From the NCBI RefSeq assembly GCF_001194135.2, contig NC_068983.1, positions 148,699,719 through 148,763,718 of the forward strand: a DNA stretch of 64,000 nt. Reading direction: 5' to 3'. The number at the start of each line of letters is the position of its first letter. Position 1 is the first letter of the stretch. Positions 27,265 to 39,717 of this stretch are shown here, one piece after another. This stretch comes from Octopus bimaculoides. Taxonomy: Eukaryota. Under the pieces are notes generated by a model. The model was not told the DNA's origin and did no database searches. It saw nothing but the letters and a program-made list of their open reading frames with translations. The position numbers and the translations under genes were made by a program.

Positions 27265-27434
27265 TTTGAATATTTTTTCCAATAATAATAACAACGTATA
27301 TGACTTGAGATGTTTGCCTTGCACATCTAGATAACACAGCGGAACAGGGGCAACCTTAGAATCTCTGAGGCCATCCCCATACACCAAAAGAAACCTAAGA
27401 TCACCAATACAAGGGAGTTACAGGAAGCTAGCTG

Positions 27435-27448
27435 GTTGCTATAGCAAC
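27435..27448. promoter_or_regulatory. RFX X-box (perfect palindrome)
   Basis: GTTGCTATAGCAAC fits the X-box consensus GTNRCY-AT-RGYAAC. A consensus donor CAAG|GTAAGT lies at 27554/27555. Confidence 0.5.
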
Positions 27449-27963
27449 ACCATTCTGGGCATGTCCACTCCACACACGCTCACATATACTCACATCGGCA
27501 ACATTCGTTAATTTCTAGAAAATGGGGTCATAACCTCATAATATTCAATACAAGGTAAGTCTACATTAATATTTATTTTCTTGTGATTTACCTTACATTT
27601 ACTTCGCATTGTTTTGGACTTACCCACGATCCTTTATACAATATATATATATGTATGTATATGACCCCATTTTCAAGAAATTGACGAATGCTGTTCGTGT
27701 GTGTGTGCATGAATATGTATACAGGAAATTCTCTAACTCTAATATATGGTGTTATCGGTTAACGTAGAAAATCTGTTAAATTGAACGCAACTTAAAAGCT
27801 AGCTATAAAGCTTAAAAACACTACTTTAGTCAATATTCCTGCACAATATAGAAATTTTGAGTTGCAATAAAGAACAAAGAATTTTTACTTAGCATTTATT
27901 ACTGTGTAGTTGATTCTATGTATATTTGTATGTAAATGCACATATAAACATAATACATATATC

Positions 27964-28013
<50 letters not shown>

Positions 28014-30161
28014 TAATTGAACCAAATGTCGGTATATTATATATGCTTTTTTTTTTAATATTACTTTGTTCGGTATAAAAATTTCGTCGAAAAACTGCCT
28101 TGTCTTCGTTGAATAGGATTTCGATCAATTGTTCTTTTGTACGATTTTTTCTTCAACTAATGTTTTCCTTTCGCCTTCTTTCGGCCAATGCGTTTTCAAC
28201 AATTGTCTTTTCAAAAATTGTTCCTGGATTCGCATGTATGTGCATGCGTGAGGGAGATAGAAAGAGGGAGAGAGGGAAATACAGAGAGACAGAGATTAGT
28301 GGTCTGATAACCAGAGACTTTCTACTGGTAGTCATTTGAGCCACAGCAAACTGTCACAGGGTTGATGTGTACATGCATGTTTCACTGTTTAGACATTGTT
28401 TGGACAAGGAAACAGCCACTTCTGTAGTTTCATTGATCGTGAGGACACACAGAGGGTGAAGTATAAGCAGGAGAAGACTGGATTCAGTAGTTGCCCGCGC
28501 GGTAATATTCTCTGCTGAAATACTGTCGACATTAAAGAGTTGTGGTTTTATCAGGAAGTTGTCTGCTTTTGTTAACGTGAAAGAGCACATCAGGAGGGCA
28601 CTGCATTTTATAAAAGATAGGAAGCGCAAAAGGTGACTATATCCCATGGGAGAACAATCCCTGTACACATATATACACACATATACACATATACACAGAG
28701 TGTACAGACCCGCTAATTAGGTATTCTTGCGACCAGGATAGTGCTGGATAATTGAATATAACTCAACCTTAAAAACAAGATCACGTTTTCAGGCATTACA
28801 TTAAATATATAATTCTATTTTGTTACAGCCTCAATACATACCGATTTATTTTACCTGGTCGAATTAAATTTACGACTCCATGTATACTGAATTTCTAAAC
28901 CATACAACTATAAGCACATAATTTTCCACGATACCAATATCTTTGTATAATTGCTTAATCGCAAGATGCTTTCATTTATTGTTGGCTCTGAAATTAGTAT
29001 ATACCCAAATCATTGAACCACTAAAATTACAGAAATATTGAATTATTAGATGTTTGCTGCCCATTAACAGCTTTACCTGTCTCCGAGTAAGCTCTAAAGG
29101 GCAGTAAATTGTCATTTTGCTTCCTAAAATTACAATAAACGTGGTCTATGATATATTCACAAAGTGACTGAACAACGTTTGGACTGTCACTTCTTTTCAA
29201 TCATTGTTTCACTTTCAAGGAGTATTGCACGCTATCTGTTCACAAACTAGTTACTTTTATTAATAACGAAAAACATTTTCACTAATGGTTTGACAGCATA
29301 GATGCAGACAACAGACGCAACACACTTAAATAGCAACCACGTTTTTAATGTAAACAAAGAAGCATTGATATCGGCGGCCAATGACGANNNNNNNNNNNNN
29401 NNNNNNNNNNNNNNNNNNNNNNNNNNNNNNNNNNNNNNNNNNNNNNNNNNNNNNNNNNNNNNNNNNNNNNNNNNNNNNNNNNNNNNNNNNNNNNNNNNNN
29501 NNNNNNNNNNNNNNNNNNNNNNNNNNNNNNNNNNNNNNNNNNNNNNNNNNNNNNNNNNNNNNNNNNNNNNNNNNNNNNNNNNNNNNNNNNNNNNNNNNNN
29601 NNNNNNNNNNNNNNNNNNNNNNNNNNNNNNNNNNNNNNNNNNNNNNNNNNNNNNNNNNNNNNNNNNNNNNNNNNNNNNNNNNNNNNNNNNNNNNNNNNNN
29701 NNNNNNNNNNNNNNNNNNNNNNNNNNNNNNNNNNNNNNNNNNNNNNNNNNNNNNNNNNNNNNNNNNNNNNNNNNNNNNNNNNNNNNNNNNNNNNNNNNNN
29801 NNNNNNNNNNNNNNNNNNNNNNNNNNNNNNNNNNNNNNNNNNNNNNNNNNNNNNNNNNNNNNNNNNNNNNNNNNNNNNNNNNNNNNNNNNNNNNNNNNNN
29901 NNNNNNNNNNNNNNNNNNNNNNNNNNNNNNNNNNNNNNNNNNNNNNNNNNNNNNNNNNNNNNNNNNNNNNNNNNNNNNNNNNNNNNNNNNNNNNNNNNNN
30001 NNNNNNNNNNNNNNNNNNNNNNNNNNNNNNNNNNNNNNNNNNNNNNNNNNNNNNNNNNNNNNNNNNNNNNNNNNNNNNNNNNNNNNNNNNNNNNNNNNNN
30101 NNNNNNNNNNNNNNNNNNNNNNNNNNNNNNNNNNNNNNNNNNNNNNNNNNNNNNNNNNNNN

Positions 30162-30203
<42 letters not shown>

Positions 30204-30348
30204 CTATTTTCGTTTTACATGTGTGAGCGCATGTGTTTTGGAGAAGAACTTTTGAGTGAAAAGTGAAATGTTGTCAAATACCTTAATAGCTCTTCAATAT
30301 ATTATATATCTCGCACCATTACCATCCATTAAACTATTGAAATCAGGT

Positions 30349-30379
30349 ACTTACCTAAAAGAAAAAACAAAGAAACATA
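30349..30379 (-). promoter_or_regulatory. Candidate recursive splice site (acceptor directly followed by donor)
   Basis: Minus strand TATGTTTCTTTGTTTTTTCTTTTAG|GTAAGTAC. Confidence 0.35.
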
Positions 30380-31011
30380 ATTAAAGACATTTCTAATTCA
30401 AAACCTAAATTAAAACATATATACATATTTTGCTGAAACAGACTTAAGTAGATTGTAGTTAAATTCCTTACAATTGCTTTTGGCTTTGTCTTGGATTTTT
30501 TTCTTTTTTATAATTAGCAAACTACTTTAGAACACCGAGTAGAAATATTAAATTCACTTAGAATCTACCATGTGGCATTGGTTCGATTCTTTCATGTTCC
30601 ATTAACATTCTTCTATTTCACATAACACGAATTTTTCGACTGTAATCAATTCTGTAGGGAACGAATATGTTAGGGAAGTGTTCAGTGGTACATAATGTCA
30701 AAATCATTTGTTTATTTGATTATATTTCTTTAAGTTGATGGCTCAAGTCCTATCGAGATCGAATTTAACTTTTATCTGTACTTCATCAATAATGTAAATA
30801 GCACTAAAAGTGATGGGAGATCAATTAAATCTGTTATATCCCTTAGAAATCAATAATTTAGAGAAGATTGCAATTAATATGGCAAAGTAGGCTGTGGCAG
30901 GATGACCTGACCTTACTTAACACGCTACGTGAAGACAAAATATTTTGTGGTAACCCAACGACGGATTCCCATATCATTTACTTAAATCCATGTCAGAATG
31001 CTGGTTTCACA

Positions 31012-31210
31012 TTTTTGGTACAAGGTTAGCAATTTCGGAAGAGGTGCTAAGTCAATTACAACGACAACAGGGTCCAACTGGTACTTATTTTATGGACCCA
31101 AAATGATGAAAAGCAAAGTCGACCTCGCGAAATTTGAACTCAGAACGTAGAGGCGGACGAAATGCCGCTAAGAATTTTGCCCACTGTGCTAACGATTCTG
31201 CCATCTCACT
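31012..31210 (-). mobile_element. SINE family B
   Basis: CTGGTACTTATTTTAT...GATGAAAAGCAAAGTCGACCTCG...AATTTGAACTCAGAACGTAGAG...GCTAACGATTCTGCC. Confidence 0.88.
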
Positions 31211-31720
31211 CCCTTTCCGTGCCAAAATATTGTCGATATAATTATTTGATGCCCATAACGAGGAAAAAGTCGAAGACAGATCCGTCAATATTTTGAACTC
31301 AGGACTTTCAAACAAAACTTAAGTAGTCGTGGAGACATGCTGCGTGAAATACTAAACTTCGGTGATGACCCAACGTGCAATTATAGGCAAATACATTTTC
31401 AATCAGACTGAATGTCAGTAGGGTTCGAGCCATAACATTTGTAGATGATTAGATAAGTGAATGTGTATTTAATGATATAATAAGGTGATGTTACTTCTTT
31501 TTGCTTCACAATCGAAAACTTAGTATTTACGCAAAGATGCAACTAAATATATTCTAGTATTGGTTCCTCTTTTACTTATTAACTGTGGATAATTAGAAGG
31601 GATTTAAGAATATCATTAACTGAAGACTAAACTGAAAGTTAACGCTTTCTTTTCTCTTCTTTTTCCTTCACCTTTTTAGAAATATTAATTAACTCATTTA
31701 TAATATGTACTTTGTTGTTT

Positions 31721-32068
31721 GTTTCAGTCATTTGACTGCGGCCATGCTGGAGTACCGCCTGTAGTCGAGAAAATCGACCCCAGGACTTATTCTTTGTAAG
31801 CTTTGTATTTATTCTATCCGTCTCTTTTGCCGAACCGCTAAGTTACGGGTACATAAACACACCAACATCGGTTGTCAAGCGATGTTGCAGGGGGGGGGGC
31901 AAACACACACATACATATATACATACATACGACGGGCTTCTTTCAGTTTCCGTCTACCAAATCCACTCACAAGGCTTTGGTCGGCCCGAGGCTATAGTAG
32001 AAAACATTTGCCCAAGGAACCATGTGGTTGGTAAACAAGCTACTTACCACACAGCCGCTCCTGCGCCT
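31721..32068 (-). mobile_element. Near full-length tRNA-derived SINE, family A, with a ~25-bp deletion in the B-box region
   Basis: Reverse complement begins AGGCGCAGGAGCGGCTGTGTGGTAAGTAGC, has an internal (TG/TA) tract and ends CCGCAGTCAAATGACTGAAAC. Compared with the 124-279 copy, the segment between CCAAGG and CCATGTGG is missing. Confidence 0.92.
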
Positions 32069-32958
32069 ATATTAATTATATTAAGATATTTGTAATGTAT
32101 ACCATCCTATTTATTTAGACGCAAATGTGCTAACAGCCTAAGTTAAATGAACTGCTTTCAGCCAAAGATGAAAAATGCATCTCAGGCTCAGCGTGCACAA
32201 CGCGTAAAATTCCGTTTTGTTTTGCCCTTCTAATCAAAAGATTTAATTTCATTTTATATATTGTTAACACCAACTTCCCAAATAATATTACTCTATCAAT
32301 AATACTCCACATTAATCCAATAGTCATAGGGGAATCATCTGAAAATTTCAATTACATGATATATGCATACAAAGCTCGAACATCTGCTAGCGATATTCAT
32401 GCGTAAATTTGAACGCAGCTCTGCAAAGGAACGAAACGGTCTTTAATTGTAAAGGAATCAATCTCATTATGATGAGTCATTGCTGTTGTTGCTGCTTAAC
32501 CTCAACTGACGTGTCTTCAAACGTAACCCAGCCATGGCCATCCTACCTTGAATTCATACATATAACATATTCCATTTCTAATGTTTGATAATGTTTTACT
32601 AGGAGAACGAGGGATCACGAAGAATGAGACCTTTCATTGTCAGTAATATACCTTGGTATATGTTTACAACCAAGTAAACTGGGCTGTCTGTGAGTTAAGA
32701 GACTGCAAAATAGAATGTTGTTTTATCTGCGCCCAAGGAACTAAGCTCTTAAAAGTTAAATCCACGTAAATCTCTGTAGTGTTAATGAAATGTATAACTT
32801 ACTGTCATAACTAACATTTAAAGTGACATGTGAGTCGTTGACTTATAAGACCGAGCTTTATTTTTCAGCAGAAAATCATATAAACGATAAAAAGCCGTGA
32901 TATCCATAAGATATATCTCACATCTGCTTCATGTTACAGAAACCAGAGATAACCGTTT

Positions 32959-33686
32959 AGATCTATTTTAAAACGGGGGCTGCAGTTTTCATTAATGTTT
33001 TACGTAGTGTTTTTGGTACCGAAAGACTTTCAAACTTCGTATACTTATCTATTTTGTGATATAGAACAGAAAAATGTTTTTGTATTCGAATTTATTTCAT
33101 GTAAAAAATTGTCTTATTTCGATAATTTCAACCAATCACTGACAAGTATTCAGTTGTTTACATTTACTCCTTTGGCTGATTAAGCGATGTAAAGCGTATT
33201 TAATCTCCATAGCTTCGTTTTATTTGCTTTTTTCATTTTAAATTTGCTTTTTTCATTTTCTTTTTTTTTTCTTCGTTTTATTTGCTTTTTTCTTTTTAAA
33301 TTTGCTGTTTTACCCTAACCCTAACCCTAGGGCTAGGGTTAGGGTTAGCGTTAGGGTTAGCCTATAATAGAAAGGTTTATTAGCTACTGCCAATATGCTT
33401 CAGCCATTTTTTGACAAGTTAATAATAATTTTATCACCGATAGAATTGTTTCAGAATCGTTTGTTTATGTAGTCGGCACTTAATGTATATCGGCTGAATG
33501 GACGTCAGTGATTGGTTGAAATTACAGAAATACGACAACTTTAACATGGAATAACTCAGGGATTTCTTTCTTTTTTTTAAGAAGACTAAGAGAAAAAGAT
33601 GTTTTATATGACACATTCTACCAGTGTTCCAAGTTTCAAAGTGTTTCGTTAAGAAAATACTGTGGCCCCCGTTTTAAAATAGATCC
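32959..33686. mobile_element. Non-autonomous DNA transposon (MITE-like) with TIRs and 8-bp TSD; Merlin- or MULE-like
   Basis: TSD AACCGTTT at 32951-58 and 33687-94. Termini (A/G)GATCTATTTTAAAACGGGG and CCCCGTTTTAAAATAGATCC. Subterminal inverted block TAATTTCAACCAATCACTGAC at ~33125 and ~33505. Confidence 0.88.
33312..33360. repeat. Palindromic telomere-type repeat (CCCTAA)n followed by (TTAGGG)n
   Basis: ACCCTAACCCTAACCCTAGGGCTAGGGTTAGGGTTAGCGTTAGGGTTAG, centred on CCCTAGGG at 33325-33332. Confidence 0.95.
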
Positions 33687-33883
33687 AACCGTTTTCCTAA
33701 TTATTATTATTTAGCACCAGATCATCACTAAACAAGAAGGTAGAAACAAATATGTTTCAGTTATGAACCTTCTGTCTCATTGTTAGACATAGTTTCTATG
33801 ACCACATTATCTAATGTATTCTTCCTTATACAAAACAGAGGTGTCCGATTTGAATGGCATTTACCTGCTATTTCTATCAGGTA

Positions 33884-34560
33884 CAGTGTGTTCCTGATAC
33901 ATTTGACAGTTTGTGTAAAGGAAAAAGACAACACATTATCTCATTCAAAAGTAAAAGTATTTTAAAAATCAAAGAATATCAACTAGATTGTAGCTGGGAG
34001 ATAACAGTTTATTAAAATTAGCCGTCCTCAGCGTCCACCACAGATTCAAGACAGCTCCAGAACCTGGGACATGCATTCCTTATTGTGTTCTTGGAAAGAT
34101 CTTAAACACCTCCTTGATCTAGGCCATCAGTTCGGCCTTGGTGCTACAGGCAGAGCGATTAGTGCCTTCCTCAGCCGCGCCCCACACATAACGATATATG
34201 GGATTACAATTGGAGGAATGAAGGATCAAAAAATTGGGAGTGGTAAAGCGATAGAAATTTTCCAACGACCATTTCTAATTCTTTCCAAAAATATAGCAAG
34301 AAACAGAATCCAGCTGCCACACATCTGGCTCCTTTTCCAGCCATGGTTTGACAATAGTCTCTGGCAGCTTCACTTAGCCGTCTGACTTAAGTCTAGGGGT
34401 TATTAAAATATGTGGAGTGACACGACGTCACCCTCACTATAGATACACCCAAAGATCTGCTGGTCACGGTTTCGCAGTCTCCGTTGCAGCTGTCTATGTC
34501 TCGTCGTACAACCTTTTACACGGAGCATTAGGCAGCATTCTGACACCCGACACGTATATC
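33884..34560 (-). mobile_element. Decayed, 5'-truncated Tc1/mariner-superfamily DD37D (maT-like) transposon, 3' half
   Basis: Minus-strand remnants IFGCIYSEGDVVSLHIF; VKLPETIVKPWLEK; WQLDSVSCY...KWSLENFYRFTTPNF...SNCNPIYRYVWGAAEEGTNRSACSTKAELMA. There are 37 codons between the second D and the third catalytic position (D mutated to Y). The terminus is TA|CAGTGTGTTCC at 33882-33894. Stops and frameshifts are present. Confidence 0.82.
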
Positions 34561-36742
34561 TTCATAATACAGGTAACTCTATTCTAGTATTGAAATGCCT
34601 TCTTATCCTCCATGTCAGCTAATTTTTCCTCAGCAACTTTATATGCTCTCCATTTACTGTATACCAATATATCAAACAATTTCTGAAAAAAAAGTAGGAG
34701 TAAAAAATCTTTAAATTCATCTCCGAACACTCTGCAGAGTGGCTACACAAGAGAAACATAGATGGCAAGTAATTCCCCTGTAGGTCGCGGAGCTTTTCAC
34801 ATGACGCAAATGAAGCAAATTGATCCCTGTTCATGACAGATAGTTATTCCTCCGAACAAGGAGTAGTGGAAATTAAATTAACTTTTCCCAAGCGAAATTT
34901 TTTAACTCAAAACATAGGGGAATGAAACTAAATCATGTGAACTCTTTAGTCTTACAAACTTGAAGTTGAAATAATTTATAAGGTATGGATACTGCCGATT
35001 ATACTACATTTCTAGTATGTTACTCAACTTTTAATGATCTCAAATGTATGAAAAATGAAATTGACAGTAGTAGCATTTGAACTCAGAAAGTAGTTGAACA
35101 AAGCTAATTGCGGTAAAGCATTGGGTACGACGCTCCACCGTTTCCTCCAAATCACCAGCTTTGTCGGAGTAATTGCGTTCTGAATATAAAAGTAATTTGC
35201 ACTGTCCGAGATGCGCGCAAAACGACAAAGCAGTCCCTAGTTTGTTCTAGCATTGCTGACTAAAAGAGTCCCGTCTGACAGCACTGTCAATCTAGTACTG
35301 CACTGTCGGGCTAAAGATTTTTGGAAGTTATCCATAATAGTACCCGAAATCTGTCAGTCTCAGTGTGTCTGAGACAAATTCTTCACGAACGAAACAGAAC
35401 TAAATGTGTGAGAGTCCTTCATCTCCTGTGTGCATGTGTGAACTTATGTGTATTATTATAATTATACACATATATTTATAATTATTTCATATATTAAATT
35501 ACATTATTTTATATATTATATTTCTACATTTTGTTTGTTTTTGTACGCTAATATAGTTCAATATGGTACGTTTTCTAGATTCGTAAATACTATTACTAAA
35601 CATCTGGGAAACTACCGTCACATTAATATATTACATGATTGCTATTTAAATTATTTTGGGGTTGTTAAGACAGAGAGAGATTAACGAACGAATCGATCCT
35701 TTGTTTGTATCATGACATTGGCGTTAACATGTATTTATTGACAAGATAAGAGAAGACCCGTAGCCTTCAATCTGAAGCAAGAAGTTATCGGTTGTAAGGC
35801 TATAAAATTAACTACTGGTCTGATGGCTTGCAATACGAAATTCAGTCCCCCACGGCGGAAAAATAAATCTATCTCTTAGAGATTACTATCCTATCCGTAG
35901 AAACCAGATAAAACTAGCAACCTAGTGAACCAGAATAGTCATTTAGTGGTAATAAGATTTAATCCTGGGCAATTTTTTAAATGATTACTTTCTGTCGAAG
36001 GTAAGAAAATATTAGTTAATTACATACATAATCAATACAAAAACAGATCAATAGATTGATCAGGCTTTTAAAACGATATTTTATTTGCTTTTTTTAATCT
36101 TATTTTACTTATTTTGTTTTTAGCTATAATATAATAAAATTTTCTCTGTTTATTGTGTGTGCGGGTGGGTTAAATGTTTTCATAAATTATAAAGTTTTAT
36201 TGATTCGTTTCTGCTCCAGTAGTATGTCTGTTCAGACATGTTGTAAACACTGACAAGAAGTTATTCATATGATTTAGTTGAGGGGTATTGCATTGCTTGC
36301 TAGCAGACAAGCTAATAAAATAAATGTACCTTACTTAGCAATAAACGAAATAAAATGGAAGAAAAATAAACGGTTTTATTCTACAAACTAGTTCTTTGAT
36401 ACATTTGGGCTATTTTTTTATATATATATTTTATTTAATGTGGTTGGCCGTGTATGCATTTAAGTATGCATATATGTCTGTAAAATATGTTTTATCTCTT
36501 TATAGAATTTGGTATTGTGTGGTATACGGTGTGTGTTTACATGGGTTTGTAAGTGTTTAGGAATGTATCAACTTGATATATGTATTTGTAACACTTTATA
36601 TACTTTGGTAAGTTAATGTGATTGTATGCGTACTTTTGTGTGTGTAATATGCTTGTAGCTTTTACAAATTTTTTCATGTGTTACTGTAGTTGCATCTGTG
36701 ATTATTTCCAGCCCCCTCATGCACACTTAAGAGCAATGGTGT

Positions 36743-36790
<48 letters not shown>

Positions 36791-37206
36791 ACACACACAC
36801 ACATGTATATATGTGAATATGCCTATACATACATACGTACGTACGTATGTATGTATGTCCTATAAATCGATCGAGTTTTCGATCATAAAACATTTTTAAA
36901 TACCGGCTTACTAAGACGGTACTTTGTGTGTGTGTGTCTGTGTGTGTGTGTCTGTGTGTGTGTGTGTGTGTGTGTGAGTGAGTACATCTATATTTGTGTG
37001 TATATGTAATATACTTACCACACGCTACTGCATTTGATATGTTTAACGCTCACGTGTTTGAGTTGTGTCTATAAATATTATAACTCTTTTGTCTATTTTG
37101 TGTGCTTAATATTCGAGTATTTATAGCACATTTTGTGGGTTAATTTAGTGTGTTAATACAAAGTATATACATACACACACACACACACACACACACNNNN
37201 NNNNNN

Positions 37207-37245
<39 letters not shown>

Positions 37246-39331
37246 TACACACACGTTCTTGTGCAAATGAAGTGTAATATCTACTAAGGTTTGATGTATT
37301 CGCTGTCTATTATTGGGACAGCAGTTTATGTATTATTATGCACCAGTACCATCCACATAGCAAATCACCCAAAAAGAGGTAGCGCAATATTTTTCACCCA
37401 TTTGTTTGCTTGACTGCTTGCATGAGTACCAGATTTGATATGTAAGAATATATTGAAGAGAATTTCTTATTTATGAGAGGAAGATTTGGCAAAATAATTA
37501 TCTTTAGCAAGTTATTTCGATGTCAATAACGCGACCCAGCTATATTCAAAGTGTCAAATACATTGTGAATTGTACGGCTTGGTACTGGTGCATAATTATA
37601 CATAAACTGTTAGGTAAAAGAGAAGATTATAACAGCATAAATAGCGACGCATTTTCTTTGAGATAATAATAGTCTCCTGGATGCATGTTAAGATTGGAAT
37701 TACTGCAATTCTGTTCAGTCTGAACATTTGAAGACTGATGTCGAATGAAATCGAAGACTGAAATTGAAAGACTGAAACTGAAGACTGATGTTGAATGATA
37801 TCGAAAAAAGAACAAAATTCTAGAAAATTGGGATATTATAAAAGGTGAGAAGTAGAAGTGAAGGAAAGACTTGTGATGAGTTCACCAAATTGGCTTAGGC
37901 AGAGGAAGTAGCATAACCCGAAGGGTGAGAGAGTCACCAAGGAAGAGATAACGTTGCCTATCCTTTTCCAAGCTATAGAAACAGACGGAGTTGAACATTC
38001 TACTTCAAGGTAACAAAATACTGGTCTGTTAACGCTTATTGAGAAAACCACATGACAAAGGCATTCATGTCATGGCCATTCAATCTCCGTTTTAGATGGT
38101 GGCCACATAATTCAATGTGTCCCTTTGCTAAGGAATTTGTATATAATTTAAAAGAAATTAAGTCATTGTTTCTAGTATGTCGTACGACTATGTAGAAGCT
38201 CCTTCGTTACTTATTGTACTGCTTAAGAAGTTTCTATTTAAATTGAGAAATATAACGCGAAATTGGCAGACATACACCTTATACTAATGTACTTTTGTTA
38301 ATGATAGCTGTAGAGAAACAAACAGTGAAATAGTCATGAACCCAGAGAGAGAGAGAGAGAGAAAGAGAGAGAAAGGGAGAGAGAAAGGGAGAGAAAGAGA
38401 GAATAGGAAAAGAGCTATATTGAAGTAGCAATATACAAGTTATGCGATGCTTCAGCAATATTTTAAGCTGTTTTGTGGCCTAGTGCCAATGCCAGATATC
38501 AATATATATTTTAAACTGCCTGAAGTGGCCAATATGGCAGGAGAACCTTGAACGCTCAATTAAATGCATTTCTTTATATATATTGCGACATCCTTCTCGT
38601 TTCAATATAGAACAGTTCAAGTCAAGTAGTGGGGCTGATATAAAGGACAGTTCCATTCCAAAAATATGTGACCTCGTGTCTGTGTTACAAATGATTATGA
38701 AATTATGCTCATTTTAAGTTAAAACTTCCTGTGGTCAATTCTGCTTTTCATTCCTCGTGCTCCATGTCCGATCGAAGAAGTGGCCTAGTATAATGAACTC
38801 GAATCCATCAACTTCAACTACATCTCTAGCAAATATAGATTTTTTTTTGCCTTCACCACAAATTACAGAGGATTGATAATGGCTGAGTACTTAACAAGTA
38901 CTTTGTTTTATAAACCTCAGAAGGATTTGAGATCTGAGTTCAGAAATTAATGTGACGCAATAAAAGGAGCCCACACCTGTCATTTTATCCGACGTTTTAC
39001 AGAATCCGTCAATCCACCAGAAAATGCTAAATCCAGTACCAAATCAAAATAAATGGAACTTGTATGTCTGTAGAACAATAGGTACTCCCGATCGGAGGTA
39101 TACTTATAGCCTTTATACCAAACAAGCATGAACGTCACGGATTCCCATTCTGCTCTCTCTCTCTCACTATATAAATATATACACATACATACACACACAC
39201 GCACACACATATACACGCGCGCGCGTATAGAGACATACGTAATAAGGCAAACGTTAACCAATGCTTGAAGCGACTGGGTTTTATCTCAAAGGTTTTCTGA
39301 GCTTTACTTTGTCTATTTCGATTTGAGATTG

Positions 39332-39365
<34 letters not shown>

Positions 39366-39480
39366 CTGTGTTTCTTCTAACAGGAATGCTTTCTATATAA
39401 CAGACTATAAATGTCAAACGAAATTTGAATTCGTTGTTAGAATAGAGTATGTCAAGGATTTAAAGGGATTTGGTGGGGGT

Positions 39481-39543
<63 letters not shown>

Positions 39544-39546
39544 AAA

Positions 39547-39606
<60 letters not shown>

Positions 39607-39609
39607 AAA

Positions 39610-39653
<44 letters not shown>

Positions 39654-39684
39654 AAAAAGAAAGAAAGAAAGAAAGAAAGAAAAG

Positions 39685-39715
<31 letters not shown>

Positions 39716-39717
39716 AA
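39481..39717. repeat. (GAAA)n microsatellite
   Basis: Direct reading. Confidence 0.99.

Larger units (their letters stand above)
26780..27322. mobile_element. Inverted pair of ~210-bp Penelope-like/retrozyme terminal repeats (arms 26780-26993 and 27110-27322)
   Basis: 26818-26853 matches the reverse complement of the right arm at 35/36. Each arm carries a hammerhead motif. Partial inverted terminal repeats with hammerheads are known for Penelope-like elements. No RT or GIY-YIG ORF is visible nearby. Confidence 0.7.

Noticed and set aside
33312-33360. Relic of an ancient telomere-telomere chromosome fusion
   Set aside because: A fusion reads (TTAGGG)n then (CCCTAA)n. Here the order is reversed, the tract is very short, and it lies inside a TSD-flanked element.
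34397-34572. Plus-strand CpG-rich 176-nt exon candidate ending CAG|GTAACT
   Set aside because: The opposite strand encodes the maT transposase remnant (IFGCIYSEGDVV), which explains the composition.
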